From Albugo candida (lineage: Eukaryota): a DNA stretch of 64,000 nt. The stretch lies in the NCBI GenBank assembly GCA_040437565.1, contig JBDOQK010000001.1, forward strand, positions 310,001 through 374,000. The letters are read 5' to 3'. The position numbers and the translations under genes are program-made. Shown here in pieces: positions 63,661 through 64,000 of this stretch. Numbering within the stretch: the first letter of the stretch is position 1; the number at the start of each line of letters is the position of its first letter. The notes under the pieces are model-generated. The model was not told the origin of the DNA. It was given only the letters and a program-made list of their open reading frames with translations, and did not search any database.

Positions 63661-64000
63661 GTCAAGGATTTCATTACACTGTTTATCTGGTTTTTTAACT
63701 ACCTTCCTTATCCTATCATNNNNNNNNNNNNNNNNNNNNNNNNNNNNNNNNNNNNNNNNNNNNNNNNNNNNNNNNNNNNNNNNNNNNNNNNNNNNNNNNN
63801 NNNNNNNNNNNNNNNNNNNATCTGGTTTTTTAACTACCTTCCTTATCCTATCATGAGTCCCTGACCGTATGAATATCACTTAAGTGTGACTTCAAACCTA
63901 GGGAGGCAGATATTTTCCAAGCTTATTGCTTGAGTGGGCTCAAACCGCTGCCCACACTGCCGGGAATCGAACTAACGACCTCCGGCAGGGGGTCCGTGCG
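63661..64000 (-). mobile_element. SINE-like retroposon, copy 2, with tRNA-like head running off the window end
   Basis: Body nearly identical to 57927-58056. Minus strand GGAGGTCGTTAGTTCGATTCCCGG (~63960-63983) is a Pol III B-box/T-arm-like motif. Confidence 0.7.

Noticed and set aside
63940-64000. Possible tRNA gene
   Set aside because: Only a B-box/T-arm-like part is visible, the stem pairing is imperfect, and it is attached to a dispersed repeat body, so a SINE head explains it better.

Overview
Eukaryotic, intron-containing DNA that is almost certainly oomycete. An Albugo-like white-rust genome is my inference from the LYLAK-type Crinkler, the transmembrane PLD, INR-FPR promoters, short introns and moderate GC. 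Two gene-dense housekeeping blocks (~3.5-22.4 kb and ~37.6-55.4 kb) carry a NEK kinase, an M28/GCPII-like protein, DDX56/DBP9, a GGG zinc-finger repeat protein, a transmembrane PLD, a CRT-like transporter, an IQM-like protein, a PhnP-like hydrolase, BiP, a TOG protein, TFB4, tryptophan synthase alpha and PI4K-gamma. They alternate with gene-sparse stretches holding a secreted tandem-repeat candidate effector with a Mutator-like MITE upstream, and a frameshifted CRN kinase effector lying between two SINE-like repeats next to a LINE remnant. Most notable: the hierarchical-repeat secreted protein; a RUN-RhoGAP-ELMO-TLDc four-domain gene; a GCPII homolog lacking its zinc ligands; a DysF domain inside the PLD; and a stand-alone TrpA. 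Most 100-N gaps are flanked by duplicated sequence (assembly artefact). All domain calls come from motif recognition by eye and all exon models were inferred manually; no database searches were run.
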